A stretch of DNA of 50,204 nt from Rhodanobacteraceae bacterium (GCA_035277545.1 DATEKI010000280.1:1-50204); one strand, 5' to 3'; shown: positions 1 to 9,370, counted from the first letter of the stretch. The notes: generated from the letters alone by a model not told the origin. Made by a program: numbers and translations.

Positions 1-671
1 GTTTCCTGCACGAATTGGTAGCCGAACACCTGCCGGGCACGCCGGCCGCGGTCGTGACCGGTCCGTCGTTCGCGCGCGAAGTCGCGGCCGGCATGCCCAC
101 CGCGGTTACCGTGCATTCCGATGATGACGGGTTCGCGCATCGCGTGGCCGAGCTGTTGCACGGCAACGCCTTCCGCGCCTATACCGGCAACGACATGCTG
201 GGCGCGGAACTCGGCGGTGCGATGAAAAACGTGCTGGCGGTGGCGACGGGTGTCGCCGACGGCATGCAGTTGGGATTGAATGCGCGCGCCGGCCTGATCA
301 CCCGCGGCATGAACGAGATGCTGCGCCTCGGCGCGGCGCTGGGCGCCAAGCCGCAGACGCTGATGGGCCTGGCGGGCCTGGGGGACCTGGTGCTGACCTG
401 CACCGGCGATCTGTCCCGCAACCACCGCTTCGGTTTCGCGTTGGGGCGTGGCGTGCCGCTCAAACAGGCGCTCGCCGACATCGGCCAGGTGGTCGAAGGC
501 GCCGTGACCGCCGATGAAGTGATGCGGCTGGCCGCACGCCATGATCTGGACCTGCCGATATCGCAACACGTCCAGGCCGTGCTGCGCGGCGAGATGACGC
601 CGACCGACGCCCTGCATTCGCTGCTGGCGCGCGAGCGCAAGCCGGAGTATCCGGAAAACCTTTTTGGCTGA
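1..671 (+). CDS. gpsA: NAD(P)H-dependent glycerol-3-phosphate dehydrogenase, C-terminal part (5' end lies outside the window)
   Basis: The translation ([18 protein letters not shown]..., [13 protein letters not shown]..., [14 protein letters not shown]) matches the conserved GpsA core and C-terminus. The frame is open from the window edge and stops at TGA 669-671. Confidence 0.9.
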   Translation, partial: FLHELVAEHLPGTPAAVVTGPSFAREVAAGMPTAVTVHSDDDGFAHRVAELLHGNAFRAYTGNDMLGAELGGAMKNVLAVATGVADGMQLGLNARAGLITRGMNEMLRLGAALGAKPQTLMGLAGLGDLVLTCTGDLSRNHRFGFALGRGVPLKQALADIGQVVEGAVTADEVMRLAARHDLDLPISQHVQAVLRGEMTPTDALHSLLARERKPEYPENLFG

Positions 672-853
672 AGGCGGCTTGTTCGAAGCGGCTTTCGTGG
701 AAAGTCAGGCCAGGGAGCTCCTGGCCATGGATGGCGGCTCCATGGCCGTGGTGATCTTCCAAGGAGCAACGGTCCATTCCGGTGAACCGGGCGCAAGCGA
801 GGCAGCGGTCAGGGACGACCGCACAAATACGTTATGCTTGAGCCCTTTGGGTA

Positions 854-3800
854 GTGGATCGACAGCGGATGCAGTCCCGCAACGGCCAGAATGCAGCGCC
901 GACGCAGGCACCCCGGGCCAGGCCCGCCGGTGCATCGTTGCCGGCCGCGTGGTCACGGCTGATCGACGCGGCCGACGCGACGGCGTCCGGGCCGGGGCAA
1001 GGCCCCACGCTTGGCTTCCTGCTGGAATTGCTGCAGGACGAACCGGCCCTGTCACGCATCGAAGCGGCGCCCGTGCTGCTGGAAACCGTCGCCAAGGATC
1101 GGCTCGGGCGCGCGGTACCGCTGGATTCGAAACAGCTGCCCGCCAGTGCATTGCCCGATTCCGAAACACGGCTGGCCGCCAGCGTCCTGGGCCTGCCGCA
1201 GACACAGCGCAAGGGCCGCAGCTACGCGCACCTTGCCGGTTCGTTCGGCGATGTGCTGCTGCGCGAAATCCTGGCCGGTGCGCCCAGCCTGCTGGGTGGC
1301 GTCGCCGGATTGCGGCTGGCGCTGGGCAAGCCGCGTCCACTGGAATGGGAATGGCAGCTGGAGCGCGATGGCCGCCAGCGCCTGCTGCCGAAGCTGCCGG
1401 CGCACCAGCGGCTGATCCGCGTGGGCGGCTTGTGGTACCTCGATCCGGAGCGTGCCGAGCTCGGCCCGCTCGATGGCGACGCCGCCGAGATGGCGCTGAT
1501 CGAAGCGCCACCGCTGGCACCCGAACATGCCGAAGCCCTCGCCGCGCGGGTCGCCGCGTCGCCATGGGCGGCGCGCATTCCCCCGCCGCAGGCATTCGAT
1601 GCGGTGCAGCGGGCGGATCTTGCGCCCAAGCCGGTGACGGTTTTCCAGGCACTGACGCGGCACGCGCGCATCGGCGCCGGCACGCCGCCGCTCGCGTATG
1701 CGCGGCTCGCGTTCGACTACGGCGGTGATCGTTTGCCCGGCCGCGGTGGCGAGGCCATCGTGCGGCGCGTGCGCAACGGCAAGCTGGTCGAGATCGTGCG
1801 CAAGCGCGCGGAAGAACTCGCGATGATGGAGCGCCTGGAATCGTTCGGGCTCGCGCCCGCGGTCGATTGCGAAGGCCTGCCGTGGGACATGGCCGATGCG
1901 CTGCCGGAAGACGCATGGGTGTTCCCCGGCAAGGGCTACGCCGGCGCGCTGGAGGTCAACACGCCCGCACGCTGGCTGGGCCTGCGCGAAAAGCTGGAAA
2001 AGGAAGGCTTCGCCGTCGAATACGCATCGAGCTTCCCGTTCGAGGTGCTGGAAGGTCCGCCGCGCTGGTACGGCGTCGCCAGGGTCGATGAGGGCGGCGA
2101 GGCGTTCGAGTTCGAGATGGGCATCGAGGTCGAAGGCAAGCGCGTCAACCTGTTGCCGACCGTCGCGCGCGCGCTGTCCGAACACACGCTGTCGCTGACC
2201 GCGCCCGAGAACGAGACGAAGGACGCCGTGTGGTACGCGCCGGTGGACGACCGCCGCCGCGTCGCGGTGCCGTTGGCGGTGCTCCGGAAATTGCTGGCGC
2301 CGCTGGCCGAATACCTGACGCATCCGCGCGACAAGTTGCGGTTGCCGCGCGTGCAGGCGGGACGCCTGGAGGAATTCGAAGGCGCGCTGCCGAAGAACGG
2401 CAAGCTGGATGCGCCGCAGGACCTCACCGGCTTCACCACGCGCCTGCGCGAAGCCGCGGAACATGCATCCGACGCGGTACCGGAAGGGCTGGTCGGCGAG
2501 CTGCGTCCGTACCAGCGCGAAGGCCTGCGCTGGTTGAACGCATTGGCCGACGCGGGGCTGGGCGGCGTGCTGGCCGACGACATGGGGCTCGGCAAGACCG
2601 TGCAGTTGCTCGCGCACGTCCTGTCCTTGAAGCAGAACTCCGCGTTGACGCAACCCGCGTTGATCGTCGCGCCGACCAGTTTGATCCCGAACTGGCAATC
2701 GGAAACCGAACGCTTCGCGCCGTCGCTGAAAATGTTGACGCTGCACGGGCCGGAACGGGTCAAGAGCTTCGACCGGCTGGCCGGCCACGACGTGATCCTC
2801 ACCAGTTACGCGCTGCTGCCGCGGGACCTGTCCGTGTTGCGTGAACAACCCTTCGCGCTGGTGGTGCTGGACGAAGCGCAGCAGGTCAAGAATCCGCGCA
2901 CCCAGGCGCGTCGCGCACTGTTGTCGATTTCCGCGAAACGCCGCGTGTGCATGACCGGCACGCCGCTGGAGAATCATCTGGGCGAACTCTGGTCGCAGGT
3001 CGATCTGGCGGTGCCCGGATTGCTGGGTGACGAAGGTTCATTTCGCCGCCACTACCGCATTCCCATCGAACGCCAGGCCGATGCCGATTGCCAGGCGCGA
3101 CTCAACCACCGGATCGCGCCGTTCATCCTGCGCCGTACCAAGGCGCAAGTCGTGAAGGAACTGCCCGAGAAAACCGAGATCGCGCGGCGCGTGGTGCTGT
3201 CGGGCAAGCAGCGCGAGTTGTACGACGCGCTGCGCATCAGCCTGGGCGAGGAGGTGCGCGAAGTGGTGCGCCAGCGCGGCATCGAGCACAGCGGCATCAT
3301 CGTGCTGGACGCGCTGTTGAAGCTGCGCCAGACCTGTTGCGATCCGCGACTCGTGAAACTCGAATCCGCGCGCGGCGTGCGTGAGTCGGCCAAGCTCGAA
3401 TTGCTGATGGACATGCTGCCCGACCTCCTCAGCGAAGGCCGGCGCGTGCTGCTGTTTTCGCAGTTCACCGAAATGCTGGCGCTGATCGCACGCGAATTGA
3501 ACCGCCGGCACCTGCAGTACGTCACGCTGACCGGCGACACGCGTGACCGCGCCGAACCCGTGCGCAAGTTCCAGGACGGCGAAGTGCCGCTGTTCCTGTT
3601 GTCGCTGAAGGCCGGCGGCGTCGGCCTCAACCTCACCGCGGCCGACACGGTGATCCACTACGACCCGTGGTGGAATCCCGCCGCCGAAACCCAGGCCGCC
3701 GATCGCGCGCACCGCATCGGCCAGGACAAGCCGGTGTTCGTCTATCGGCTGATCTGCGCCGACACGGTCGAGGAACGCATCGAGGATTTGAAAGCGCGCA

Positions 3801-3898
3801 AGGCCGAACTGGCGCAAGCGGTGCTGGAAGGCGGCGGCACCCGCGACAAGTTGAAGTTCGACGAGGATGATCTGAACGCGTTGTTTGCGGCCGAATAA
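854..3898 (+). CDS. SNF2-family (Swi2/Snf2) DEAD/DEAH-box helicase, about 1014 aa, with a long uncharacterised N-terminal half
   Basis: Helicase motifs are visible in the C-terminal half: LADDMGLGKT (motif I), VLDEAQQVKN (motif II), MTGTPLEN (motif III) and SLKAGGVGLNLTAADTVIHYDPWWNPAAETQAADRAHRIGQ (motifs V-VI). The start is uncertain (ATG 854 or ATG 869). Confidence 0.85.
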   Translation: MDRQRMQSRNGQNAAPTQAPRARPAGASLPAAWSRLIDAADATASGPGQGPTLGFLLELLQDEPALSRIEAAPVLLETVAKDRLGRAVPLDSKQLPASALPDSETRLAASVLGLPQTQRKGRSYAHLAGSFGDVLLREILAGAPSLLGGVAGLRLALGKPRPLEWEWQLERDGRQRLLPKLPAHQRLIRVGGLWYLDPERAELGPLDGDAAEMALIEAPPLAPEHAEALAARVAASPWAARIPPPQAFDAVQRADLAPKPVTVFQALTRHARIGAGTPPLAYARLAFDYGGDRLPGRGGEAIVRRVRNGKLVEIVRKRAEELAMMERLESFGLAPAVDCEGLPWDMADALPEDAWVFPGKGYAGALEVNTPARWLGLREKLEKEGFAVEYASSFPFEVLEGPPRWYGVARVDEGGEAFEFEMGIEVEGKRVNLLPTVARALSEHTLSLTAPENETKDAVWYAPVDDRRRVAVPLAVLRKLLAPLAEYLTHPRDKLRLPRVQAGRLEEFEGALPKNGKLDAPQDLTGFTTRLREAAEHASDAVPEGLVGELRPYQREGLRWLNALADAGLGGVLADDMGLGKTVQLLAHVLSLKQNSALTQPALIVAPTSLIPNWQSETERFAPSLKMLTLHGPERVKSFDRLAGHDVILTSYALLPRDLSVLREQPFALVVLDEAQQVKNPRTQARRALLSISAKRRVCMTGTPLENHLGELWSQVDLAVPGLLGDEGSFRRHYRIPIERQADADCQARLNHRIAPFILRRTKAQVVKELPEKTEIARRVVLSGKQRELYDALRISLGEEVREVVRQRGIEHSGIIVLDALLKLRQTCCDPRLVKLESARGVRESAKLELLMDMLPDLLSEGRRVLLFSQFTEMLALIARELNRRHLQYVTLTGDTRDRAEPVRKFQDGEVPLFLLSLKAGGVGLNLTAADTVIHYDPWWNPAAETQAADRAHRIGQDKPVFVYRLICADTVEERIEDLKARKAELAQAVLEGGGTRDKLKFDEDDLNALFAAE

Positions 3899-3919
3899 AA
3901 GCCTGCACGCAACACCTTT

Positions 3920-4112
3920 CGTCATTCCGGACGCGATGCAAACGCATCGCGATCCGACTGCGTTTGCAGGATTGCAAACGCGAACGCCGGAGGCGGCCCG
4001 CAGGGTGAGCGCCAAGGATGGCGCGAGTCAACCCAGCGTCTTTGCGTTTGAGCGGCAAGCCACTTGGCTCCGGGTTCGCCTGCGATAAAGCCGCAGGCGC
4101 CCCGGAATGACG
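3920..4112. repeat. REP-like hairpin cluster bounded by a perfect 11-bp inverted repeat, CGTCATTCCGG (3920-3930) and CCGGAATGACG (4102-4112)
   Basis: Internal hairpins are visible: GCGATGC-AAAC-GCATCGC (3933-3950), GCGTTTGCA-GGAT-TGCAAACGC (about 3960-3981) and GCCTGCG-ATAAAGC-CGCAGGC (about 4078-4098). The CGTCATTCCGG end motif recurs in the hslV-hslU spacer. Confidence 0.6.
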
Positions 4113-4152
4113 ACACAAGGGGACGAATCCACTCGCAAAGCATGCCGTGCCC

Positions 4153-4638
4153 ATGACTCCTGCCCAAACCTTCGAAGGCGGTTGCGACTGCCGCCACATC
4201 CGCTACCGGCTCACACGAACGCCGCTGTTCGTGCATTGCTGTCATTGCCGCTGGTGCCAGCGCGAAACCGGCAGCGCGTTCGTGTTGAATGCACTGATCG
4301 AGACGGAATGCATCGAGTTGCTGCACGGTGAACCAGGAATGGTGATGACGCCATCGCACAGCGGCAAGGGACAGGACATCGCGCGTTGTCCGCATTGCCG
4401 CATCGCGTTGTGGAGCCACTATCCGGGAGCAGGCCCGCTGTTTGCGTTCGTGCGCGTCGGCACGCTCGACAACCCGGATCGCTTTCCGCCCGACATCCAC
4501 ATCTTCACGATGTCGAAGCAGCCGTGGATGGTCCTGCCCGAAGGCGTGCCCGCGATGCGCGAGTATTACGACCGCGAGAAATACTGGCCGAAGGAAAGCC
4601 TGGCGAGGCGCTCGGCGTTGCTTCCCGGGATTCGCTGA
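4153..4638 (+). CDS. GFA-family (glutathione-dependent formaldehyde-activating / CENP-V-like) zinc-binding protein
   Basis: The Cys motifs GGCDCRHIRY and HCCHCRWCQRETGSAF, plus a later CPHC, are typical of the GFA fold. The start is ATG 4153 (alternative GTG 4147). Confidence 0.8.
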   Translation: MTPAQTFEGGCDCRHIRYRLTRTPLFVHCCHCRWCQRETGSAFVLNALIETECIELLHGEPGMVMTPSHSGKGQDIARCPHCRIALWSHYPGAGPLFAFVRVGTLDNPDRFPPDIHIFTMSKQPWMVLPEGVPAMREYYDREKYWPKESLARRSALLPGIR

Positions 4639-4659
4639 GTCGGTGTGCTGAGTGTTGCG

Positions 4660-5289
4660 TCAAGAATGGATTTCATGCCCTGCGACGCAAGCCCGATTGG
4701 CCTTGACCCACTCGTGAAGCGCGGTCCATTTCTTGAGTTCGGCCGAAAGAACCTCCGGCGTTTGTTCGAATTCGGCATTGCGGACCGGCGTGGGCGCGAC
4801 GGGCGTGGCATCAGGGTCCAGTACCCAGCCAGGTATTCCAGTGAACATCGTGACGTCCTTGCCCACATGCACGACACCCGGGTTTGCCGAATCGCGTGAG
4901 CAGAGAACCATGCTGCGCGCCAGCAACGCGGCTCTTCCGCGCGGACTTTGATCAGTCCTTAGCGTCGTGCTCTGGTTCAACCTGGCGAATTGCCGTAGGA
5001 CCATGGCCTGGTGCGACTTCGTCAGGGTGTTGAACATCTCCGCGGCGAGTTCGGAATTTTCCTGTGCGGTCCAGATGACCGTAGTCGTGAGCTTGTCGGA
5101 AGATTGGTCTGCGGCGGTCAGCAGGGAGTTGCTCAAGGCAAGATTCCCGACGATGTTGGCCTGGGTGGCACCCCAGTTCTGGCGGATCAACCAGAGTACG
5201 AATCCCGTGGTCAGCGCAATGGCGACGATGAAGCCAAGGACGAAAAAACCACTGCCGATGAGAACCGACCGTCTCGAAGGGCGTTTCAT
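4660..5289 (-). CDS. Hypothetical single-pass membrane-anchored protein (209 aa), with no family recognised
   Basis: The internal ATG at 5289 is preceded by GGGAGG. The N-terminus MKRPSRRSVLIGSGFFVLGFIVAIALTTGFVLWLI is a signal-anchor. Three 60-nt blocks counted between 4961 and 5140 give 57-60% G+C, clearly lower than the neighbouring genes. The upstream part of the 334-aa ORF is Arg/Cys-rich and looks like an artefact. Confidence 0.6.
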   Translation of the reverse strand: MKRPSRRSVLIGSGFFVLGFIVAIALTTGFVLWLIRQNWGATQANIVGNLALSNSLLTAADQSSDKLTTTVIWTAQENSELAAEMFNTLTKSHQAMVLRQFARLNQSTTLRTDQSPRGRAALLARSMVLCSRDSANPGVVHVGKDVTMFTGIPGWVLDPDATPVAPTPVRNAEFEQTPEVLSAELKKWTALHEWVKANRACVAGHEIHS

Positions 5290-5338
5290 GGCGGCCTCCC
5301 TGGTTGACCTGACAGCCCGAGTGTAATGTCCGGCAGGT

Positions 5339-5746
5339 TCAGCGTGGCTTCGGTCCCCGCATCGGCACCGGATGGCCGTACAACGAAGCCGGATCGCGCG
5401 ACAGGCCGTTCTTTTCGAGCGCGTCGAGATACGACTGCCAGTTCTTGTCCTGGTTGATACAGAGGTCGTGCAGCGTTTCCCAGGAATAGATGCCGGTGGC
5501 GTGGCCGTCGGTGAAGCGCAGGCTGACGGCGTAGTTGCCGACCGGTTGCAGTTCCATGATGCCGACTTCACGCTTGCCCGCGACCAGCACCTGCTGGCCC
5601 GGACCGTGGCCCTGCACTTCGGCGGACGGCGAATACACGCGCAGGTATTCGGCGGAAAGGACAAAGCGCTGGCCGGAATCGAACGCGACTTCCAGCGTTC
5701 GCGATTTCCTGTGCAGGGTGATGTCGGTGGGTTTGGGCGTCGTCAT
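5339..5746 (-). CDS. DUF971-family protein (gamma-butyrobetaine hydroxylase-like N-terminal domain)
   Basis: The 135-aa translation contains the motifs LEVAFDSGQRFVLSAEYLRVYSPSAEV and YAVSLRFTDGHATGIYSWETLHDL, which are characteristic of DUF971. Confidence 0.8.
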   Translation of the reverse strand: MTTPKPTDITLHRKSRTLEVAFDSGQRFVLSAEYLRVYSPSAEVQGHGPGQQVLVAGKREVGIMELQPVGNYAVSLRFTDGHATGIYSWETLHDLCINQDKNWQSYLDALEKNGLSRDPASLYGHPVPMRGPKPR

Positions 5747-5794
5747 GCCTGCGATTTTAGCGATGCCGCATCATCGCCACCTGACGGCGATCAC

Positions 5795-6700
5795 TCAGCG
5801 GTACGCGGCCGTACCCACAGCCGAAGCAGCGGGCAATCCGCCTGCGCCCGGCAGGGCAACTCCCGCGCTGGTCGCTGTGGCAGGCGGCGTTGCATGCGCG
5901 GGCGATGCTGGCGCATTGCCGGCGGGCAGCCCATCGATCATCTGTTCGGCCAGGCGCTGATAGCCCTCGTCGAAATGATGTCCGCCCGCTTCACCGTGCA
6001 CCGTCACCCACGCGGGCAGGTCCTTCTTCGTGCACAGGCTGTCGGCGGCATCGTCCTTGCCGTAGTAGCAAACCACCGGGAACCGGTTGTCCAGCGCCAC
6101 GAGCGGTGGCAGTGCCGCGTATTCCGGTACCTTGTTGAATTTCTCCGACAACGTTTTCACGAACGCCTTGAAGCGACCCTGCGCGACCATGTAGCCCTCG
6201 AACTGGATCTCGAACGTGGCGTCGTGGCTGGGCGACAGCAGCACCAGCTGGGCGATGCGCGATCTCGCGGCCGGGCTCAGCTTGTCGATCAGTGTCGGCA
6301 GCACGTCGGCGCCGAACGAAAACCCGACCAGCCATACGCGTTGCTTGTGCCATGTCGCCAACGAATCGATGATCAAGGCATCCAGTTGCTGCGCAGCCAC
6401 ATCCGGCGACCGGGCGCGCCAGAAGTACTTGAAGCTGTTGACGCCCAGCACGGGAATGCCGCGTGCCGCGAACGCGGTGCCGAGTTGCTTGTCGAGATCG
6501 GCCCAGCCACCGTCGCCGGAATACAGGATCGTCAACATGTCGTCCTTGCCGGCGGGCGCCTGCACGCCGGGCGCGGGTGGAACGACGACGATGGACTTTT
6601 CCAGGCTCGGCCGTGCAAACGGGTTCCAGAGCAGGGCGAATCCCAGCACGCACACGCATGCACCCGCGCTTGTCCTCATGATCCACTTGCCTCGCTTCAT
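5795..6700 (-). CDS. acvB: AcvB/VirJ-family aminoacyl-phosphatidylglycerol hydrolase (periplasmic serine hydrolase)
   Basis: The start MKRGKWIMRTSAGACVCVLGFALL is a signal peptide, and the GFSFGAD motif fits GxSxG. The ATG at 6700 overlaps the mprF stop (TGA 6699-6697) as ATGA. The rest of the 564-aa ORF is an artefactual extension into mprF. Confidence 0.85.
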   Translation of the reverse strand: MKRGKWIMRTSAGACVCVLGFALLWNPFARPSLEKSIVVVPPAPGVQAPAGKDDMLTILYSGDGGWADLDKQLGTAFAARGIPVLGVNSFKYFWRARSPDVAAQQLDALIIDSLATWHKQRVWLVGFSFGADVLPTLIDKLSPAARSRIAQLVLLSPSHDATFEIQFEGYMVAQGRFKAFVKTLSEKFNKVPEYAALPPLVALDNRFPVVCYYGKDDAADSLCTKKDLPAWVTVHGEAGGHHFDEGYQRLAEQMIDGLPAGNAPASPAHATPPATATSAGVALPGAGGLPAASAVGTAAYR

Positions 6701-9279
6701 CGGCGCACCACTCCGGTGAGGCCGCCCGAAATCAGGCTGGCCACGTTCGCGAGGATCATCGGAAGCGCGATCCCGCCCGGAACGGCCATGTAGCGCGGCT
6801 CCCACTCGGGGTCGAACTTGTCCTTGTAGCGCTTCAGGCCCTGGAAATTGTAGAAACGTTCGCCGCGCCCGAATACCAGCGCGCCGAACCGGTTCCACAG
6901 CGGCGCCAGCCGCCGGTTGGTCATGCCGGACATGGGGGCCATGCCGAGGTTGAACCAGCGATAGCCCGCTTGCCGCGCCCAGCGCATCAGTTCGATGAAC
7001 AGGAAATCCATGCTGCCGGACGGACTTTCGGGCGCGAAGCGCATCAGGTCCAGCGAGGCTTCTTCCTTGTTCCCGGTGAGGAACAGGTTGGCGAACGCCA
7101 GCAAGCGTTCGCCTTGCCACACCAGCGCCATCGAGGTGCGGGCGAGATATCCCGGATCGAACGCACCGAGAGAGAAACGTTTCTCGCGCGCGTGTTTGTC
7201 GGCCAGCCACGCGTCGGAAATTTCCCTGAGCCGTGGCATCAGGGGCGGTACCGCTTGCGCAGGAATCACTTCGAGGCGAAGCCCTTCGCGTTCGAGCTTG
7301 TTGAGCGTGCCGCGCAGGGTCTTCTTCGATTTGCCATCGAGGTTGAAATCCGCGAGGGCCACCCGCGCCTCCTCGCCAAGCTTCAACAGGGTCATGCCGA
7401 CTTCGAGATACAGGTCGAGATCGGCGGGGCTTACCTGGTAGAAGACCGGCCAGCCGCCCGCGCGCTCGCACTGCTCCATGAAGCTCCACACCAGTTCGCG
7501 CCGCGCGGCGTCGTCATCACCGACCGGGTCGCCCATGCTGACCCAGCTGCGTCCTTCGATGCCGTACATCAGGAAGGCGCCGTCGTCGGGAGAAAACAGA
7601 AGTTGCTTGTCACCCATCAACGCCAGGTGCGCCTGCGCCGAACGATAGTTGCGGATCAGCGGCCACGCGCGAGCAAGCTCGGCTTCGCTGGGTCGCGCAC
7701 GGCGCGGGGTTTGCGGCCGGATCAGGCTCGCCACCGCGAACAGCAGGCCCGCCGCGGCCGCGGCCACCAGTGCGCGCAGGGCACGCGATGCACCGCCGTG
7801 GTGGAAACTGAATTCCCACCACAGGTTGTTGCTGTAATCCACGTGCTTGTAGCTGAAGAACACCAGCCACGCGGCGCAGCCGAATACCGCGAGGATCGCG
7901 ACGATCCAGCCGGGGGAAAAATTGGTACTGAAAAGCGACGCGCGGCGATAGAACAGCTTGTGCGCCGGCATCAGCGCGAGCGCAAGCAGGCCGAGAAAAA
8001 TGGCTTCTTCGTAGTCGATGCCTTTCAGCAGCGAGAACACTGCGCCGGCCACCAGCAGGACCAGCGTCAGCCAGTACGCCGCGTCCAGGCGGCGTTGCAG
8101 GCCGCGCGCGAGGATCAGCAGCAGCATGCCGATGACACTGGCCAGCAGGTGCGAGACTTCCAGGACCGACAGCGGCAACACGCTGCGCAGGATCGCCATG
8201 CGATCGGGCAACGCCTTGGTGGCGCCGGAGAACAACAGCACGGCGCCAGACACCAGCGTCAGTCCCGCGAAGAACGGCGGCAACAGTCCGGCGAACCACG
8301 GCGACCACGGCACGTGCCGCCGCAGGCTTTGTGCCTCGCGTTGCAGCACCAGCACCGTCGCCGCGCCGAGCGGCATGAGGTAGTAGATGATGCGAAAGGT
8401 CGCGAGCGAACCGAGGATCGGTGCGGCGAGGTGTTCGTTGCCGGTGGCGCCGAAGCCGGCCAGCATCACCGCTTCGAAGACACCCAGCCCACCCGGCACG
8501 TGGCTGATCAAGCCGGCGATCTGCGCGACGACGAAGATTGCGAGGAAGTGCCCGAAGCCGGCGTTGAGCCGATCCGGCATCAGCACGTACATCACCGCCG
8601 CCGCGAGCCACCAATCCACGGCGCCGACTGCGACCTGGCGGATCGCATGCATCGGCGTCGGCAAACGCAGCCGCCAGCGCCACAATTTCAGCGGGCGCCG
8701 GACGAAGCTGCCAAGGATCCACGCGAGCGGCATCGCCACCATCACGCAGGCGAACGCAACCCGCCAATCGCTCATCGGCAAGCCCGACGGCAACGGCACC
8801 ACCAGCAGCGTCACGCCGGTCAGCGCCAACAGTCCGAGCCAGAAGCTCAACGTGCAATACAGGACCAGCTTGCCGATCTCGCCCGTCGAGAGACCGCTTT
8901 GCAGGTAAAAGCGGTAGCGGATCGACCCGGACACCAGCAGCGACATGCCGACGGCATTGCTGAAGGCGTAGCTGATGAACGAGATCAGGGTGACGCGCCG
9001 CCACGGCAGTCGCTTTCCGATCGCCGCCAGGCCGAAGCGGTCGTAGAAGCTCATCACGCCGAAGCCGAGCGTGGTCAAGGCGATGGCCAGCACCAGCCGC
9101 TGGCGTGACACACCTTCGACATAGTGGCGGATCTCGTTGTAGGTGACGTTCCGGGCGAGCAGGTGCAGCGCCCACAACGCCAGTGCCAGCATCCCCAGGG
9201 ACACCAAGGGCCCCGCGACCCGGCGCAGCCACACGCTGCGCGGGCTGGGCGGCGTCAGCGCGCCATCGGCGCCTGGCAT
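6697..9279 (-). CDS. mprF: Bifunctional aminoacyl-phosphatidylglycerol synthase/flippase MprF (lysyl- or alanyl-PG; the specificity cannot be read from the sequence)
   Basis: It has a large polytopic N-terminal flippase domain and a C-terminal synthase domain (RFSLGAFDPGYL, LDLMRFAPESPSGSMDFLF, WFNLGMAPMSG, RFYNFQGLKRYKDKFDPEW). The start is ATG 9279 (GGAGAA upstream) or GTG 9342. Confidence 0.9.
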   Translation of the reverse strand: MPGADGALTPPSPRSVWLRRVAGPLVSLGMLALALWALHLLARNVTYNEIRHYVEGVSRQRLVLAIALTTLGFGVMSFYDRFGLAAIGKRLPWRRVTLISFISYAFSNAVGMSLLVSGSIRYRFYLQSGLSTGEIGKLVLYCTLSFWLGLLALTGVTLLVVPLPSGLPMSDWRVAFACVMVAMPLAWILGSFVRRPLKLWRWRLRLPTPMHAIRQVAVGAVDWWLAAAVMYVLMPDRLNAGFGHFLAIFVVAQIAGLISHVPGGLGVFEAVMLAGFGATGNEHLAAPILGSLATFRIIYYLMPLGAATVLVLQREAQSLRRHVPWSPWFAGLLPPFFAGLTLVSGAVLLFSGATKALPDRMAILRSVLPLSVLEVSHLLASVIGMLLLILARGLQRRLDAAYWLTLVLLVAGAVFSLLKGIDYEEAIFLGLLALALMPAHKLFYRRASLFSTNFSPGWIVAILAVFGCAAWLVFFSYKHVDYSNNLWWEFSFHHGGASRALRALVAAAAAGLLFAVASLIRPQTPRRARPSEAELARAWPLIRNYRSAQAHLALMGDKQLLFSPDDGAFLMYGIEGRSWVSMGDPVGDDDAARRELVWSFMEQCERAGGWPVFYQVSPADLDLYLEVGMTLLKLGEEARVALADFNLDGKSKKTLRGTLNKLEREGLRLEVIPAQAVPPLMPRLREISDAWLADKHAREKRFSLGAFDPGYLARTSMALVWQGERLLAFANLFLTGNKEEASLDLMRFAPESPSGSMDFLFIELMRWARQAGYRWFNLGMAPMSGMTNRRLAPLWNRFGALVFGRGERFYNFQGLKRYKDKFDPEWEPRYMAVPGGIALPMILANVASLISGGLTGVVRR

Positions 9280-9370
9280 CTGCGCAAGCTTCTCCACCAG
9301 CCGGTCACATTCCCCCGAAAGGCGCCAGTGTAAGGCATGCACCGCAGCCGCCCGTGAATGGGACGGCGCC

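Noticed and set aside
723-747. A hairpin, GGCCATGGA-TGGCGGC-TCCATGGCC, 50 nt downstream of gpsA that could be an intrinsic terminator.
   Set aside because: The 9-bp stem is perfect, but no U-tract follows and the element lies in the leader of the SNF2 gene. The evidence is too weak to call it a terminator or a regulatory structure.
705-2977. Very long alternate-frame or antisense ORFs such as 705-1916(-), 1052-2977(-) and 664-1728(+). Similar ones occur elsewhere: 6970-9108(+), 17319-19823(+), 19820-21943(+), 36982-39057(+), 43570-45135(-) and 46166-48064(-).
   Set aside because: They overlap genes that have clear family signatures on the other strand or frame. Their translations are Arg/Ala/Pro/Gly-rich low-complexity strings, which is typical of stop-codon-poor frames in high-GC DNA. 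None has a recognisable motif or a plausible RBS.
854-3898. The SNF2 helicase as part of a phage-defence system (BREX, DISARM or a similar type).
   Set aside because: No methyltransferase, nuclease, phospholipase D or other defence partner is adjacent. The neighbours are gpsA and a GFA-family gene.
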